Source: Eledone cirrhosa (Eukaryota). From it: DNA of 64,000 nucleotides. The stretch is from NCBI GenBank assembly GCA_964016885.1, contig OZ024740.1:412176001-412240000 (forward strand), given 5' to 3'. The notes under the pieces were generated by a model. That model saw only the letters and a program-made list of their open reading frames with translations. It was not told where the DNA came from and made no database searches. The translations under genes and the position numbers were made by a program. This document shows positions 26,386-41,300 of the stretch, piece by piece (position 1 is the stretch's first letter; each line of letters opens with the position of its first letter).

Positions 26386-29300
26386 TGTTGATGATGTTTA
26401 TATTGTTGGTGGTGATACTGGTGGCAGTGTTAGTGATGGTGATGGTGTTGATGATGTTTATGTTGTTGGTGGTGATACTTGTGGCAGTGTTAGTGATGGT
26501 GATGCTGATGATGTTTATGTTGTTGGTGGTGATACTGGTGGCAGTGCTAGATGATGATGATGAGGATGTTTATGTTGTTGGTGGTGATACTGGTGGCAGT
26601 GTTAGTGATGGTGATGGTGATGGTGATGATGTTTATGTTGTTGGTGGTGATACTGGTGGCAGTGTTAGTGATGGTGATGGTGATGATGATGTTTATGTTG
26701 TTGGTGGTGATACTGGTGGCAGTGTTAGTGATGGTGATGTGATGATGTTTATATTGTTGGTGGTGATACTGGTGGCAGTGTTAGTGATGGTGATGGTGAT
26801 GATGATGTTTATGTTGTTGGTGGTGATACTGGTGGCAGTGTTAGTGATGTTGATGTGATGATGTTTATATTGTTGGTGGTGATACTGGTGGCAGTGTTAT
26901 TGATGGTGATGCTGATGATGTTTATGTTGTTGGTGGTGATACTGGTGGCAGTGTTAGTGATGGTGATGGTGTTGATGATGTTTATGTTGTTGGTGGTGAT
27001 ACTTGTGGCAGTGTTAGTGATGCTGATGATGTTTATGTTGTTGGTGGTGATACTGGTGTCAGTGTTAGTGATGGTGATGCTGTTGATGATGTTTATGTTG
27101 TTGGTGGTGATACAGATGGCAGTGTTAGTGATGGTGATGTTGATGATGTTTATGTTGTTGGTGGTGATACTGGTGGCAGTGTTAGTGATGGTGAAGCTGT
27201 TGATGTTTATGTTGTTGGTGGTGATACTGGTGGCAGTGTTAGTGATGGTGATGGTGATGATGTTTATGTTGTTGGTGGTGATACTGGTGGCAGTGTTAGT
27301 GATGGTGATGGTGATGATGTTTATGTTGTTGGTGGTGATACTGGTGGCAGTGATAGTGATAGTGATGCTGTTGATGTTTATGTTGTTGGTGGTGATACTG
27401 GTGGCAGTGTTAGTGATGGTGATGGTGTTGCTGATGCTTATGTTGTTGGTGGTGCTACTCTGCGGCAGTGCTAGTGATGGTGATGGTGATGATGTTTATG
27501 TTGTTGGTGGTGATGCTGGTGGCAGTGTTAGTGATGGTGATGGTGATGATGTTTATGTTGTTGGTGGTGATACTGGTGGCAGTGATAGTGATGGTGATGC
27601 TGATGATGTTTATGTTGTTGGTGGTGATACTGGTGGCAGTGTTAGTGATGGTGATGCTGTTGATGTTTATGTTGTTGGTGGTGATACTGGTGGCAATGTT
27701 AGTGATGGTGATGGTGATGATATTTATGTTGTTGGTGGTGATACTCGTGGCAGTGATAGTGATGGTGGTGATGATGGTTATGTTGTTGGTGGTGATACTG
27801 GTGGCAGTGATAGTGATGGTGATGGTGATGATGTTTATGTTGTTGGTGGTGATACTGGTGGCAGTGTTAGTGATGGTGATGGTGATGATGATGTTTATGT
27901 TGTCGGTGGTGATACTGGTGGCAGGGTTAGTGATGGTGATGTTGATGATGTTTATGTTGTTGGTGGTGATACTGGTGGCAGTGATAGTGATGGTGATGGT
28001 TTGATGTTTATGTTGTTGGTGGTGATACTGGTGGCAGTGATAGTGATGGTGATGGTGATGATGTTTATGTTGTTGGTGGTGATACTGGTGGCAGTGTTAG
28101 TGCTGGTGATGCTGTTGATGTTTATGTTGTTGGTGGTGATACTGGTGGCAGTGTTAGTGATGGTGATGGTGATGATATTTATGTTGTTGGTGGTGATACT
28201 GGTGGCAGTGTTAGTGATGGTGATGGTGATGATGTTTATGTTGTTGGTGGTGATACTGGTGGCAGTGTTAGTGATGGTGATGGTGATGATGTTTATGTTG
28301 TTGGTGGTGATACTGGTGGCAGTGATAGTGATGGTGATGCTGATGATGTTTATGTTGTTGGTGGTGATACTGGTGGCAGTGTTAGTGATGGTGATGCTGT
28401 TGATGTTTATGTTGTTGGTGGTGATACTGGTGGCAATGTTAGTGATGGTGATGGTGATGATATTTATGTTGTTGGTGGTGATACTCGTGGCAGTGATAGT
28501 GATGGTGGTGATGATGGTTATGTTGTTGGTGGTGATACTGGTGGCAGTGATAGTGATGGTGATGGTGATGATGTTTATGTTGTTGGTGGTGATACTGGTG
28601 GCAGTGTTAGTGATGGTGATGGTGATGATGATGTTTATGTTGTCGGTGGTGATACTGGTGGCAGGGTTAGTGATGGTGATGTTGATGATGTTTATGTTGT
28701 TGGTGGTGATACTGGTGGCAGTGATAGTGATGGTGATGGTTTGATGTTTATGTTGTTGGTGGTGATACTGGTGGCAGTGATAGTGATGGTGATGGTGATG
28801 ATGTTTATGTTGTTGGTGGTGATACTGGTGGCAGTGTTAGTGCTGGTGATGCTGTTGATGTTTATGTTGTTGGTGGTGATACTGGTGGCAGTGTTAGTGA
28901 TGGTGATGGTGATGATATTTATGTTGTTGGTGGTGATACTGGTGGCAGTGTTAGTGATGGTGATGGTGATGATGTTTATGTTGTTGGTGGTGATACTGGT
29001 GGCAGTGTTAGTGATGGTGATGGTGATGATGTTTATGTTGTTGGTGGTGATACTGGTGGCAGTGATAGTGATGGTGATGCTGTTGATGTTTATGTTGTTG
29101 GTGGTGATACTGGTGGCAGTGTTAGTGATGGTGATGGTGATGATATTTATGTTGTTGGTGGTGATACTGGTGGCAGTGTTAGTGATGGTGATGGTGATGA
29201 TGTTTATGTTGTTGGTGGTGATACTGGTGGCAGTGTTAGTGATGGTGATGGTGATGATGTTTATGTTGTTGGTGGTGATACTGGTGGCAGTGATAGTGAT

Positions 29301-32300
29301 AGTGATGCTGTTGATGTTTATGTTGTTGGTGGTGATACTGGTGGCAGTGTTAGTGATGGTGATGGTGTTGCTGATGCTTATGTTGTTGGTGGTGCTACTC
29401 TGCGGCAGTGTTAGTGATGGTGATGGTGATGATGTTTATGTTGTTGGTGGTGATGCTGGTGGCAGTGTTAGTGATGGTGATGGTGATGATGTTTATGTTG
29501 TTGGTGGTGATGCTGGTGGCAGTGTTAGTGATGGTGATGGTGATGATGTTTATGTTGTTGGTGGTGATACTGGTGGCAATGTTAGTGATGGTGATGGTGT
29601 TGATGATGTTTATGTTGTTGGTGGTGATACTGGTGGCAGTGTTAGTGATGGTGATGGTGATGATGTTTATGTTGTTGGTGGTGATACTGGTGGCAGTGAT
29701 AGTGATAGTGATGCTGTTGATGTTTATGTTGTTGGTGGTGATACTGGTGGCAGTGTTAGTGATGGTGATGGTGTTGCTGATGCTTATGTTGTTGGTGGTG
29801 CTACTCTGCGGCAGTGTTAGTGATGGTGATGGTGATGATGTTTATGTTGTTGGTGGTGATGCTGGTGGCAGTGTTAGTGATGGTGATGGTGATGATGTTT
29901 ATGTTGTTGGTGGTGATGCTGGTGGCAGTGTTAGTGATGGTGATGGTGATGATGTTTATGTTGTTGGTGGTGATACTGGTGGCAGTGTTAGTGATGGTGA
30001 TGGTGATGATATTTATGTTGTTGGTGGTGATACTGGTGGCAGTGTTAGTGATGGTGATGGTGATGATGTTTATGTTGTTGGTGGTGATACTGGTGGCAGT
30101 GATAGTGATGGTGATGGTGATGATGGTTATGTTGTTGGTGGTGATACTGGTGGCAGTGTTAGTGATGGTGATGGTGATGATGTTTATGTTGTTGGTGGTG
30201 ATACTGGTGGCAGTGTTAGTGATGGTGATGTTGATGATGTTTATGTAGTTGGTGGTGATAATGGTGGCAATGTTAGTGATGGTGATGGTGTTGATGATGT
30301 TTATGGTGTTGGTGGTGATACTGGCGGCAGTGTTAGTGATGGTGATGCTGATAATGTTTATGTTGTTGGTGGTGGTACTGGTGGCAGTGTTAGTGATGGT
30401 GATGCTGATGGTGTTTATGTTGTTGGTGGTGATACTGTTGACAGTGCTAGTGATGGTGATGCTGATGATGATGTTTATGTTGTTGATGGTGATACTGGTG
30501 GCAGTGTTAGTGATGCTGATGCTGATGATGATGTTTATGTTGTTGATGGTGATACTGGTGGCAGTGTTAGTGATGGTGATGCTGATGATGAAGTTTATGT
30601 GGTTCGTAGTGATACTGGTGGCAGTGATGGTGATGGTGATGATGATGTGTATGTTGTTGGTGGTGATACTGGTGGCAGTGTTAGTGATGGTGATGATGTT
30701 GATGATGTTTATGTTGTTGGTGGTGATACTGGTGGCAGTGTTAGTGATGGTGATGGTGATGATGTTTATGTTGTTGGTGGTGATACTGGTGGCAGGGTTA
30801 GTGATGGTGATGATGTTGATGATGTTTATGTTGTTGGTGGTGATACTGGTGGCAGTGTTAGTGATGGTGATGATGATGTTTATGTTGTTGGTGGTGATAC
30901 TGGTGGCAGTGTTAGTGATGGTGATGGTGATGATGTTTATGTTGTTGGTGGTGATACTGGTGGCAGTGTTAGTGATGGTGATGTTGATGATGTTTATGTT
31001 GTTGGTGGTGATACTGGTGGCAGTGTTAGTGATGGTGATGTTGATGATGTTTATGTAGTTGGTGGTGATAATGGTGGCAATGTTAGTGATGGTGATGGTG
31101 TTGATGATGTTTATGGTGTTGGTGGTGATACTGGCGGCAGTGTTAGTGATGGTGATGCTGATAATGTTTATGTTGTTGGTGGTGGTACTGGTGGCAGTGT
31201 TAGTGATGGTGATGCTGATGGTGTTTATGTTGTTGGTGGTGATACTGTTGACAGTGCTAGTGATGGTGATGCTGATGATGATGTTTATGTTGTTGATGGT
31301 GATACTGGTGGCAGTGTTAGTGATGCTGATGCTGATGATGATGTTTATGTTGTTGATGGTGATACTGGTGGCAGTGTTAGTGATGGTGATGCTGATGATG
31401 AAGTTTATGTGGTTCGTAGTGATACTGGTGGCAGTGATGGTGATGGTGATGATGATGTGTATGTTGTTGGTGGTGATACTGGTGGCAGTGTTAGTGATGG
31501 TGATGATGTTGATGATGTTTATGTTGTTGGTGGTGATACTGGTGGCAGTGTTAGTGATGGTGATGGTGATGATGTTTATGTTGTTGGTGGTGATACTGGT
31601 GGCAGGGTTAGTGATGGTGATGATGTTGATGATGTTTATGTTGTTGGTGGTGATACTGGTGGCAGTGTTAGTGATGGTGATGATGATGTTTATGTTGTTG
31701 GTGGTGATACTGGTGGCAGTGTTAGTGATGGTGATGGTGATGATGTTTATGTTGTTGGTGGTGATACTGGTGGCAGTGTTAGTGATGGTGATGTTGATGA
31801 TGTTTATGTTGTTGGTTGTGATACTGGTGGCAATGTTAGTGATCGTGATGGTGTTGATGATGTTTATGTTGTTGGTGGTGATACTGGTGGCAGTGTTAGT
31901 GATGGTGATGATGATGTTTATGTTGTTGGTGGTGATACTGGTGGCAGTGTTAGTGATGGTGATGCTGATGATGATGGTTATATTGTTGGTGGTGATACTG
32001 GTGGCAGTGTTAGTGATGGTGATGGTGATGCTGTTTATGTTGTTGGTGGTGATACTGGTGGCAGTGTTAGTGATGGTGATGCTGTTGATGATGTTTATGT
32101 TGTTGGTGGTGATACAGATGGGAGTGTTAGTGATGGTGATGTTGATGATGTTTATGTTGTTGGTGGTGATACTGGTGGCAGTGATAGTGATGGTGATGGT
32201 TTGATGTTTATGTTGTTGGTGGTGATACTGGTGGCAGTGATAGTGATGGTGATGGTGATGATGTTTATGTTGTTGGTGGTGATACTGGTGGCAGTGTTAG

Positions 32301-35300
32301 TGCTGGTGATGCTGTTGATATTTATGTTGTTGGTGGTGATACTGGTGGCAGTGTTAGTGATGGTGATGGTGATGATATTTATGTTGTTGGTGGTGATACT
32401 GGTGGCAGTGTTAGTGATGGTGATGGTGATGCTGATGATGTTTATGTTGTTGGTGGTGATACTGGTGGCAGTGTTAGTGATGGTGATGCTGTTGATGTTT
32501 ATGTTGTTGGTGGTGATACTGGTGGCAGTGATAGTGATGGTGATGCTGTTGATGTTTATGTTGTTGGTGGTGATACTGGTGCCAATGTTAGTGATGGTGA
32601 TGGTGATGATATTTATGTTGTTGGTGGTGATACTGGTGGCAGTGATAGTGATGGTGATGGTGATGATGGTTATGTTGTTGGTGGTGATACTGGTGGCAGT
32701 GTTAGTGATGGTGATGGTGATGATGTTTATGTTGTTGGTGGTGATACTGGTGGCAGTGTTAGTGATGGTGATGTTGATGATGTTTATGTAGTTGGTGGTG
32801 ATAATGGTGGCAATGTTAGTGATGGTGATGGTGTTGATGATGTTTATGGTGTTGGTGGTGATACTGGCGGCAGTGTTAGTGATGGTGATGCTGATAATGT
32901 TTATGTTGTTGGTGGTGGTACTGGTGGCAGTGATAGTGATGGTGATGCTGATGGTGTTTATGTTGTTGGTGGTGATACTGTTGACAGTGCTAGTGATGGT
33001 GATGCTGATGATGATGTTTATGTTGTTGATGGTGATACTGGTGGCAGTGTTAGTGATGCTGATGCTGATGATGATGTTTATGTTGTTGATGGTGATACTG
33101 GTGGCAGTGTTAGTGATGGTGATGCTGATGATGAAGTTTATGTGGTTCGTAGTGATACTGGTGGCAGTGATGGTGATGGTGATGATGATGTGTATGTTGT
33201 TGGTGGTGATACTGGTGGCAGTGTTAGTGATGGTGATGATGTTGATGATGTTTATGTTGTTGGTGGTGATACTGGTGGCAGTGTTAGTGATGGTGATGGT
33301 GATGATGTTTATGTTGTTGGTGGTGATACTGGTGGCAGGGTTAGTGATGGTGATGATGTTGATGATGTTTATGTTGTTGGTGGTGATACTGGTGGCAGTG
33401 TTAGTGATGGTGATGATGATGTTTATGTTGTTGGTGGTGATACTGGTGGCAGTGTTAGTGATGGTGATGGTGATGATGTTTATGTTGTTGGTGGTGATAC
33501 TGGTGGCAGTGTTAGTGATGGTGATGTTGATGATGTTTATGTTGTTGGTTGTGATACTGGTGGCAATGTTAGTGATCGTGATGGTGTTGATGATGTTTAT
33601 GTTGTTGGTGGTGATACTGGCGGCAGTGTTAGTGATGGTGATGCTGATAATGTTTATGTTGTTGGTGGTGATACTGGTGGCACTGTTAGTGATGGTGATG
33701 GTGATGATGATGTATATGTTGTTGGTGGTGATACTGGTGGCAGTGTTAATGATGGTGATGCTGATGATGATGTTTATGTTGTTGATGGTGATACTGGTGG
33801 CAGTGTTAGTGATGGTGATGCTGATGGTGTTTATGTTGTTGGTGGTGATATTGGTGGCAGTGTTAGTGATGGTGGTGCTGATGGTGATGTTTATGTTGTT
33901 GATGGTGATACTGGTGGCAGTGTTAGTGATGGTGATGCTGATGGTGTTTATGTTGTTGGTGGTGATACTGGTGGCAGTGCTAGTGATGGTGATGATGTTG
34001 ATGGTGTTTATGTTGTTGGTGGTGATACTGGTGTCAGTGTTAGTGATGGTGATGCTGTTGATGATGTTTATGTTGTTGGTGGTGATACTGGTGGCAGTGA
34101 TAGTGATGGTGATGGTTTGATGTTTATGTTGTTGGTGGTGATATTGGTGGCAGTGTTAGTGATGGTGGTGCTGATGGTGATGTTTATGTTGTTGGTGGTG
34201 ATACTGGTGGCAGTGATAGTGATGGTGATGATGTTGATGGTGTTTATGTTGTTGGTGGTGATACTGGTGGCAGTGTTAGTGATGGTGATGATGTTGATGG
34301 TGTTTATGTTGTTGGTGGTGATACTGGTGTCAGTGTTAGTGATGGTGATGCTGTTGATGATGTTTATGTTGTTGGTGGTGATACTGGTGGCAGTGATAGT
34401 GATGGTGATGGTTTGATGTTTATGTTGTTGGTGGTGATACTGGTGGCAGTGATAGTGATGTTGATGGTGATGATGTTTATATTGTTGGTGGTGATACTGA
34501 TGGTAGTGTTAGTGATGGTGATGGTGATGATATTTATGTTGTTGGTGGTGATACTGGTGGCAGTGTTAGTGATGGTGATGGTGATGCTGATGATGTTTAT
34601 GTTGTTGGTGGTGATACTGGTGGCAGTGATAGTGATGGTGATGGTGATGATGGTTATGTTGTTGGTGGTGATACTGGTGGCAGTGTTAGTGATGGTGATG
34701 GTGATGATGTTTATGTTGTTGGTGGTGATACTGGTGGCAGTGTTAGTGATGGTGATGGTGATGATGATGTTTATGTTGTTGGTGGTGATACTGGTGGCAG
34801 TTTTAGTGATGGTGATGCTGATGATGATGTTTATGTTGTTGGTGGTGTTACTGGTGGCAATGTTAGTGATGGTGATGGTGTTGATGATGTTTATAGTGTT
34901 GGCGGTGATACTGGCGGCAGTGTTAGTAATGGTGATGCTGATAATGTTTATGTTGTTGGTGGTGGTACTGGTGGCAGTGTTAGTGATGGTGATGCTGATG
35001 GTGTTTATGTTGTTGGTGGTGATACTGTTGACAGTGCTAGTGATGGTGATGGTGATGATGATGTTTATGTTGTTGGCGGTGATACTGGTGGCAGTTTTAG
35101 TGATGGTAATGCTGATGATGATGTTTATGTTGTTGGTGGTGATACTGGTGGCAGTGTTAGTGATGGTGATGCTGATGATGTTTATTTTGTTGGTGGTGAT
35201 ACTGGTGGCAGTGTTAGTGATGGTGATGCTGATGATGATGGTTATATTGTTGGTGGTGATACTGGTGGCAGTGTTAGTGATGGTGATGATGATGTTTATG

Positions 35301-38300
35301 TTGTTGGTGGTGATACAGCTGGCAGTGTTAGTGATGGTGATGGTGATGCTGTTTATGTTGTTGGTGGTGATACTGGTGGCAGTGTTAATGATGGTGATGC
35401 TGATGATGATGTTTATGTTGTTGATGGTGATACTGGTGGCAGTGTTAGTGATGGTGATGGTGTTGATGTTTATGTTGTTGGTGGTGATACTGGTGGCAGT
35501 GTTAGTGATGGTGATGCTGATGATGATGTTTATGTTGTTGGTTGTGATACTGGTGGCAGTGCTAGCGATGGTGATGCTGATGATGATGTTTATGTTGTTG
35601 ATGGTGATACTGGTGGCAGTGTTAGTGATGCTGATGCTGATGATGATGTTTATGTTGTTGATGGTGATACTGGTGGCAGTGTTAGTGATGGTGATGCTGA
35701 TAATGAAGTTTATGTGGTTCGTAGTGATACTGGTGGCAGTGATGGTGATGGTGATGATGATGTGTATGTTGTTGGTGGTGATACTGGTGGCAGTGTTAGT
35801 GATGGTGATGATGATGTTTATGTTGTTGGTGGTGATACTGGTGGCAGTGTTAGTGATGGTGATGGTGATGATGTTTATGTTGTTGGTGGTGATACTGGTG
35901 GCAGGGTTAGTGATGGTGATGTTGATGATGTTTATGTTGTTGGTTGTGATACTGGTGGCAATGTTAGTGATGGTGATGGTGTTGATGATGTTTATGTTGT
36001 TGGTGGTGATACTGGCGGCAGTGTTAGTGATGGTGATGGTGATGATGTTTATGTTGTTGGTGGTGATACTGCTGGCACTGTTAGTGATGGTGATGGTGAT
36101 GATGATGTATATGTTGTTGGTGGTGATACTGGCGGCAGTGTTAGTGATGGTGATGCTGATAATGTTTATGTTGTTGGTGGTGATACTGGTGGCACTGTTA
36201 GTGATGGTGATGGTGATGATGATGTATATGTTGTTGGTGGTGATACTGGTGGCAGTGTTAGTGATGGTGATGGTGATGATGATGTTTATGTTGTTGGTGG
36301 TGATACTGGTGGCAGTGTTAGTGATGGTGATGTGATGATGTTTATGTTGTTGGTGGTGATACTGGTGGCAGTGTTAGTGATGGTGATGGTGATGATGATG
36401 TTTATGTTGTTGGTGGTGATACTGGTGGTAGTGTTAGTGATGATGATGTTGTTGATGGTGTTTATGTTGTTGGTGGTGATCCAGTGGCAGTGTTAGTGAT
36501 GGTGATGCTGATGATGTTTATGTTGTTGGTGGTGATACTGGTGGCAATGTTAGTGATGGTGATGCTGATGATGATGTTTATGTTGTTGGTGGTGATACTG
36601 GTGGTAGTGTTAGTGATGATGATGTTGTTGATGATGTTTATGTTGTTGGTGGTGATCCAGTGGCAGTGTTAGTGATGGTGATGCTGATGATGTTTATGTT
36701 GTTGGTGGTGATACTGGTGGCAGTGCTAGTGATGGTGATGGTGATGATGATGTTTATGTTGTTGGCGGTGATACTGGTGGCAATGTTAGTGATGGTGATG
36801 CTGATGATGATGTTTATGTTGTTGGTGGTGATACTGGTGGCAGTATTAGTGATGGTGATGCTGATGATGTTTATGTTGTTGGTGGTGATACTGGTGGCAG
36901 TGTTAGTGATGGTGATGCTGATGATGATGGTTATGTTTTGGTGCTGATACTGATGGCAGTGTTAGTGATGGTGATGATGATGTTTATGTTGTTGGTGGTG
37001 ATACTGGTGACAGTGCTAGTGATGGTGATGCTGATGATGTTTATGTTGTTGGTGGTGATACTGGTGGCAGTGTTAGTGATGGTGATGCTGATGATGATGT
37101 TTATGTTGTTGATGGTGATACTGGTGGCAGTGTTAGTGATGGTGATGCTGATGATGTTTATGTTGTTGGTGGTGATACTGGTGGTAGTGTTAGTGATGAT
37201 GATGCTGATGATGATGTTTATGTTGTTGGTGGTGATACTGGTGGCAGTGTTAGTGATGGTGATGCTGATGATGATGTTTATGTTGTTGGTGGTGATACTG
37301 GTGGCAGTGCTAGTTATGGTGATGCTGATGATGATGTTTATGTTGTTGATGGTGATACTGGTGGCAGTGTTAGTGATGGTGATGCTGATGATTATGTTTA
37401 TGTTGTTGGTGGTGATACTGGTGGCAGTGTTAGTGATGATGATGGTGTTGATGATGTTTATGTTGTTGGTGGTGATATAGCTGGCAGTGTTAGTGATGGT
37501 GATGCTGATGATTATGTTTATGTTGTTGGTGGTGATACTGGTGGCAGTGTTAATGATGGTGATGGTGATGATGTTTATGTTGTTGGTGGTGATACTGGTG
37601 GCAGTGTTGGTGATGGTTATGGTGATGATGATGTTTATGTTGTTGGTGGTGATACTGGTGGGAGTGTTAGTGATGGTGATGCTGATGATGATGTTTATGT
37701 TGTTGGTGTGATACTGGTGGCAGTGTTGGTGATGGTTATGGTGATGATGTTTATGTTGTTGGTGGTGATACTGGTGGCAGTGCTAGTGATGGTGATGCTG
37801 TTGATGTTTATGTTGTTGGTGGTGATACTGGTGGCAGGGTTAATGATGGTGATGCTGATGATGTTTATGTTGTTGGTGGTGATACTGGTGGCAGTGTTAG
37901 TGATGGTGATGGTGATAATGGTGTTTATGTTGTTCGTGGTGATACTGGTGGCAGTGTTAGTGATGGTGATGCTGATGATGATGTTTATGTTGTTGGTGGT
38001 GATACTGGTGGAGGTGTTAGTGATTGTGATGCTGATAATGATGTTTATGTTGTTCGTGGTGATACTGGTGGCAGTGTTAGTGATGGTGATGCTGATGATG
38101 ATGTTTATGTTGTTCGTGGTAATACTTGTGGCAGTGTTAGTGATGGTGATGCTGATGATGATGTTTATGTTGATGGTGGTGATACTGGTGGCAGTGTTAG
38201 TGATGGTGATGATGTTTATGTTATTAGTGGTGATAATGGTGGCAGTGTCAGTGATGCTGATGATGAAGTTTATATTGTTGGTGGTGATACTGGTGGCAGT

Positions 38301-41300
38301 GTTAGTGATGGTGATGGTGTTGATGATGTTTATGATTTTGGTGGTGATACTGGTGGCAGTGTTAGTGATGGTGATGCTGATGATGTTTATGTTGTTGGTG
38401 GTGATACTGGTGGCAGGGTTAATGATGGTGATGCTGATAATGTTTATGTTGTTGGTGGTGATACTGGTGGCAGTGTTAGTGATGGTGATGGTGATAATGA
38501 TGTTTATGTTGTTCGTGGTGATACTGGTGGCAGTGTTAGTGATGGTGATGCTGATGATGATGTTTATGTTGTTGGTGGTGATACTGGTGGCAGTGTTAGT
38601 GATTGTGATGCTGATAATGATGTTTATGTTGTTCGTGGTGATACTGGTGGCAGTGTTAGTGATGGTGATGCTGATGATGATGTTTATGTTGTTCGTGGTA
38701 ATACTTGTGGCAGTGTTAGTGATGGTGATGCTGATGATGATGTTTATGTTGATGGTGGTGATACTGGTGGCAGTGTTAGTGATGGTGATGATGTTTATGT
38801 TATTAGTGGTGATAATGGTGGCAGTGTCAGTGATGCTGATGATGAAGTTTATATTGTTGGTGGTGATACTGGTGGCAGTGTTAGTGATGGTGATGGTGTT
38901 GATGATGTTTATGATTTTGGTGGTGATACTGGTGGCAGTGTTAGTGATGGTGATGCTGATGATGTTTATGTTGTTGGTGGTGATACTGGTGGCAGTATTA
39001 GTGATGGTGATGTTGATGATGTTTATGTTTATGTTGTTTGTGGTCTTACTGGTGGCAGTGTTAGTGATGGTGATGGTGATGATGATGTTTATGTTGTTGG
39101 TGGTGATACTGGTGGCAGTGTTAGTGATGGTGATGGAGTTGATGATGTTTATGTTGTTTGTGGTGATACTGGTGGCAGTGTTAGTGATGGTGATGCTGAT
39201 GATGTTTATGTTGTTGGTGGTGATACTGGTGGCAGTGTTAGTGATGGTGATGGTGTTGATAATGTTTATGTTGTTGGTGGTGATACTGGTGGCAGTATTA
39301 GTGATGGTGATGTTGATGATGTTTATGTTGTTTGTGGTCTTACTGGTGGCAGTGTTAGTGATGGTGATGGTGATGATGATGTTTATGTTGTTGGTGGTGA
39401 TACTGGTAGCAGTGTCAGTGATGGTGATGGTGTTGATGATGTTTATGTTGTTTGTGGTGATACTGGTGGCAGTGTTAGTGATGGTGATGCTGATGATGTT
39501 TATGTTGTTGGTGGTGATACTGGTGGCAGTGTTAGTGATGGTGATGCTGTTGATGATGTTTATGTTGTTGGTGGTGATACTTGTGGCAGTGTTAGTGATG
39601 GTGATGCTGGTGATGATGTTTATGTTGTTGGTGGTGATACTGGTGGCAGTGTTAGTGATTGTGATGGTGTTGATGATGTTTATGTTGTTGGTGGTGATAC
39701 TTGTGGCAGTGTTAGTGATGGTGATGGTGTTGATGATGTTTATGTTGTTGGTGGTGCTACTCTGCGGCAGTGTTAGTGGTGGTGATGGTGATGATGTTTA
39801 TGTTGTTGGTGGTGATACTGGTGGCAGTGTTAGTGATGGTGATGGTGATGATGTTTATGTTGTTGGTGGTGATACTGGTGGCAGTGATAGTGATGGTGAT
39901 GGTGATGATGTTTATGTCGTTGGTGGTGATACTGGTGGCAGTGTTAGTGATGGTGATGCTGTTGATGTTTATGTTGTTGGTGGTGATACTGGTGGCAGTG
40001 TTAGTGATGGTGATGGTGATGATGATGTTTATGTTGTTGGTGGTGCTACTGGCGGCAGTGTTAGTGATGGTGATGGTGATGCTGTTTATGTTCTTGGTGG
40101 TGATACTGGTGGCAGGGTTAGTGATGGTGATGTTGATGATGTTTATGTTGGTGGTGGTGATAATGGTGGCAGTGTTAGTGATGGTGATGGTGTTGATGAT
40201 GTTTATGTTGTTGGTGGTGATACTGGTGGCAGTGTTACTGATGGTGATGGTGTTGATGATGTTTATGTTGTTGGTGGTGATACTGGTGGCAGTGTTAGTG
40301 ATGGTGATGTGATGATGTTTATGTTGTTGGTGGTGATACTGGTGGCAGTGTTAGTGTTGGTGATGCTGATGATGTTTATGTTGTTGGTGGTGATACTGGT
40401 GGCAGTGCTAGTGATGGTGATGGTGATGATGATGTTTATGTTGTTGGCGGTGATACTGGTGGCAGTGTTAGTGATGGTGATGCTGATGATGATGTTTATG
40501 TTGTTGGTGGTGATACTGGTGGCAATGTTAGTGATGGTGATGCTGATGATGATGTCTATGTTGTTGGTGGTGATACTGGTGGTAGTGTTAGTGATGGTGA
40601 TGGTGATGATGTTTATGTTGTTGGTGGTGATACTGGTGGCAGTGATAGTGATAGTGATGCTGTTGATGTTTATGTTGTTGGTGGTGAAACTGGTGGCAGT
40701 GTTAGTGATGGTGATGGTGTTGATGATGTTTATGTTGTTGGTGGTGCTGCTCTGCGGCAGTGTTAGTGATGGTGATGGTGATGATGTTTATGTTGTTGGC
40801 GGTGATACTGGTGGCAGTGTTAGTGATGGTGATGGTGATGATGTTTATGTTGTTGGTGGTGATACTGGTGGCAGTGATAGTGATGGTGATGGTGATGATG
40901 TTTGTGTTGTTGGTGGTGATACTGGTGGCAGTGTTAGTGATGGTGATGCTGTTGATGTTTATGTTGTTGGTGGTGATATTGGTGGCAGTGATAGTGATGG
41001 TGATGCTGTTGATGTTTATGTTGTTGGTGGTGATACTGGTGGCAGTGATAGTGATGGTGATGGTGATGATGATTATGGTGTTGGTGGTGATACTGGTGGC
41101 AGTGTTAGTGATGGTGATGCTGTTGATGTTTATGTTGTTGGTGGTGATACTGGTGGCAGTGTTAGTGATGGTGATGGTGATGATATTTATGTTGTTGGTG
41201 GTGATACTGGTGGCAGTGTTAGTGATGGTGATGGTGATGATGTTTATGTCGTTGGTGGTGATACTGGTGGCAGTGTTAGTGATGGTGATGCTGATGATGT

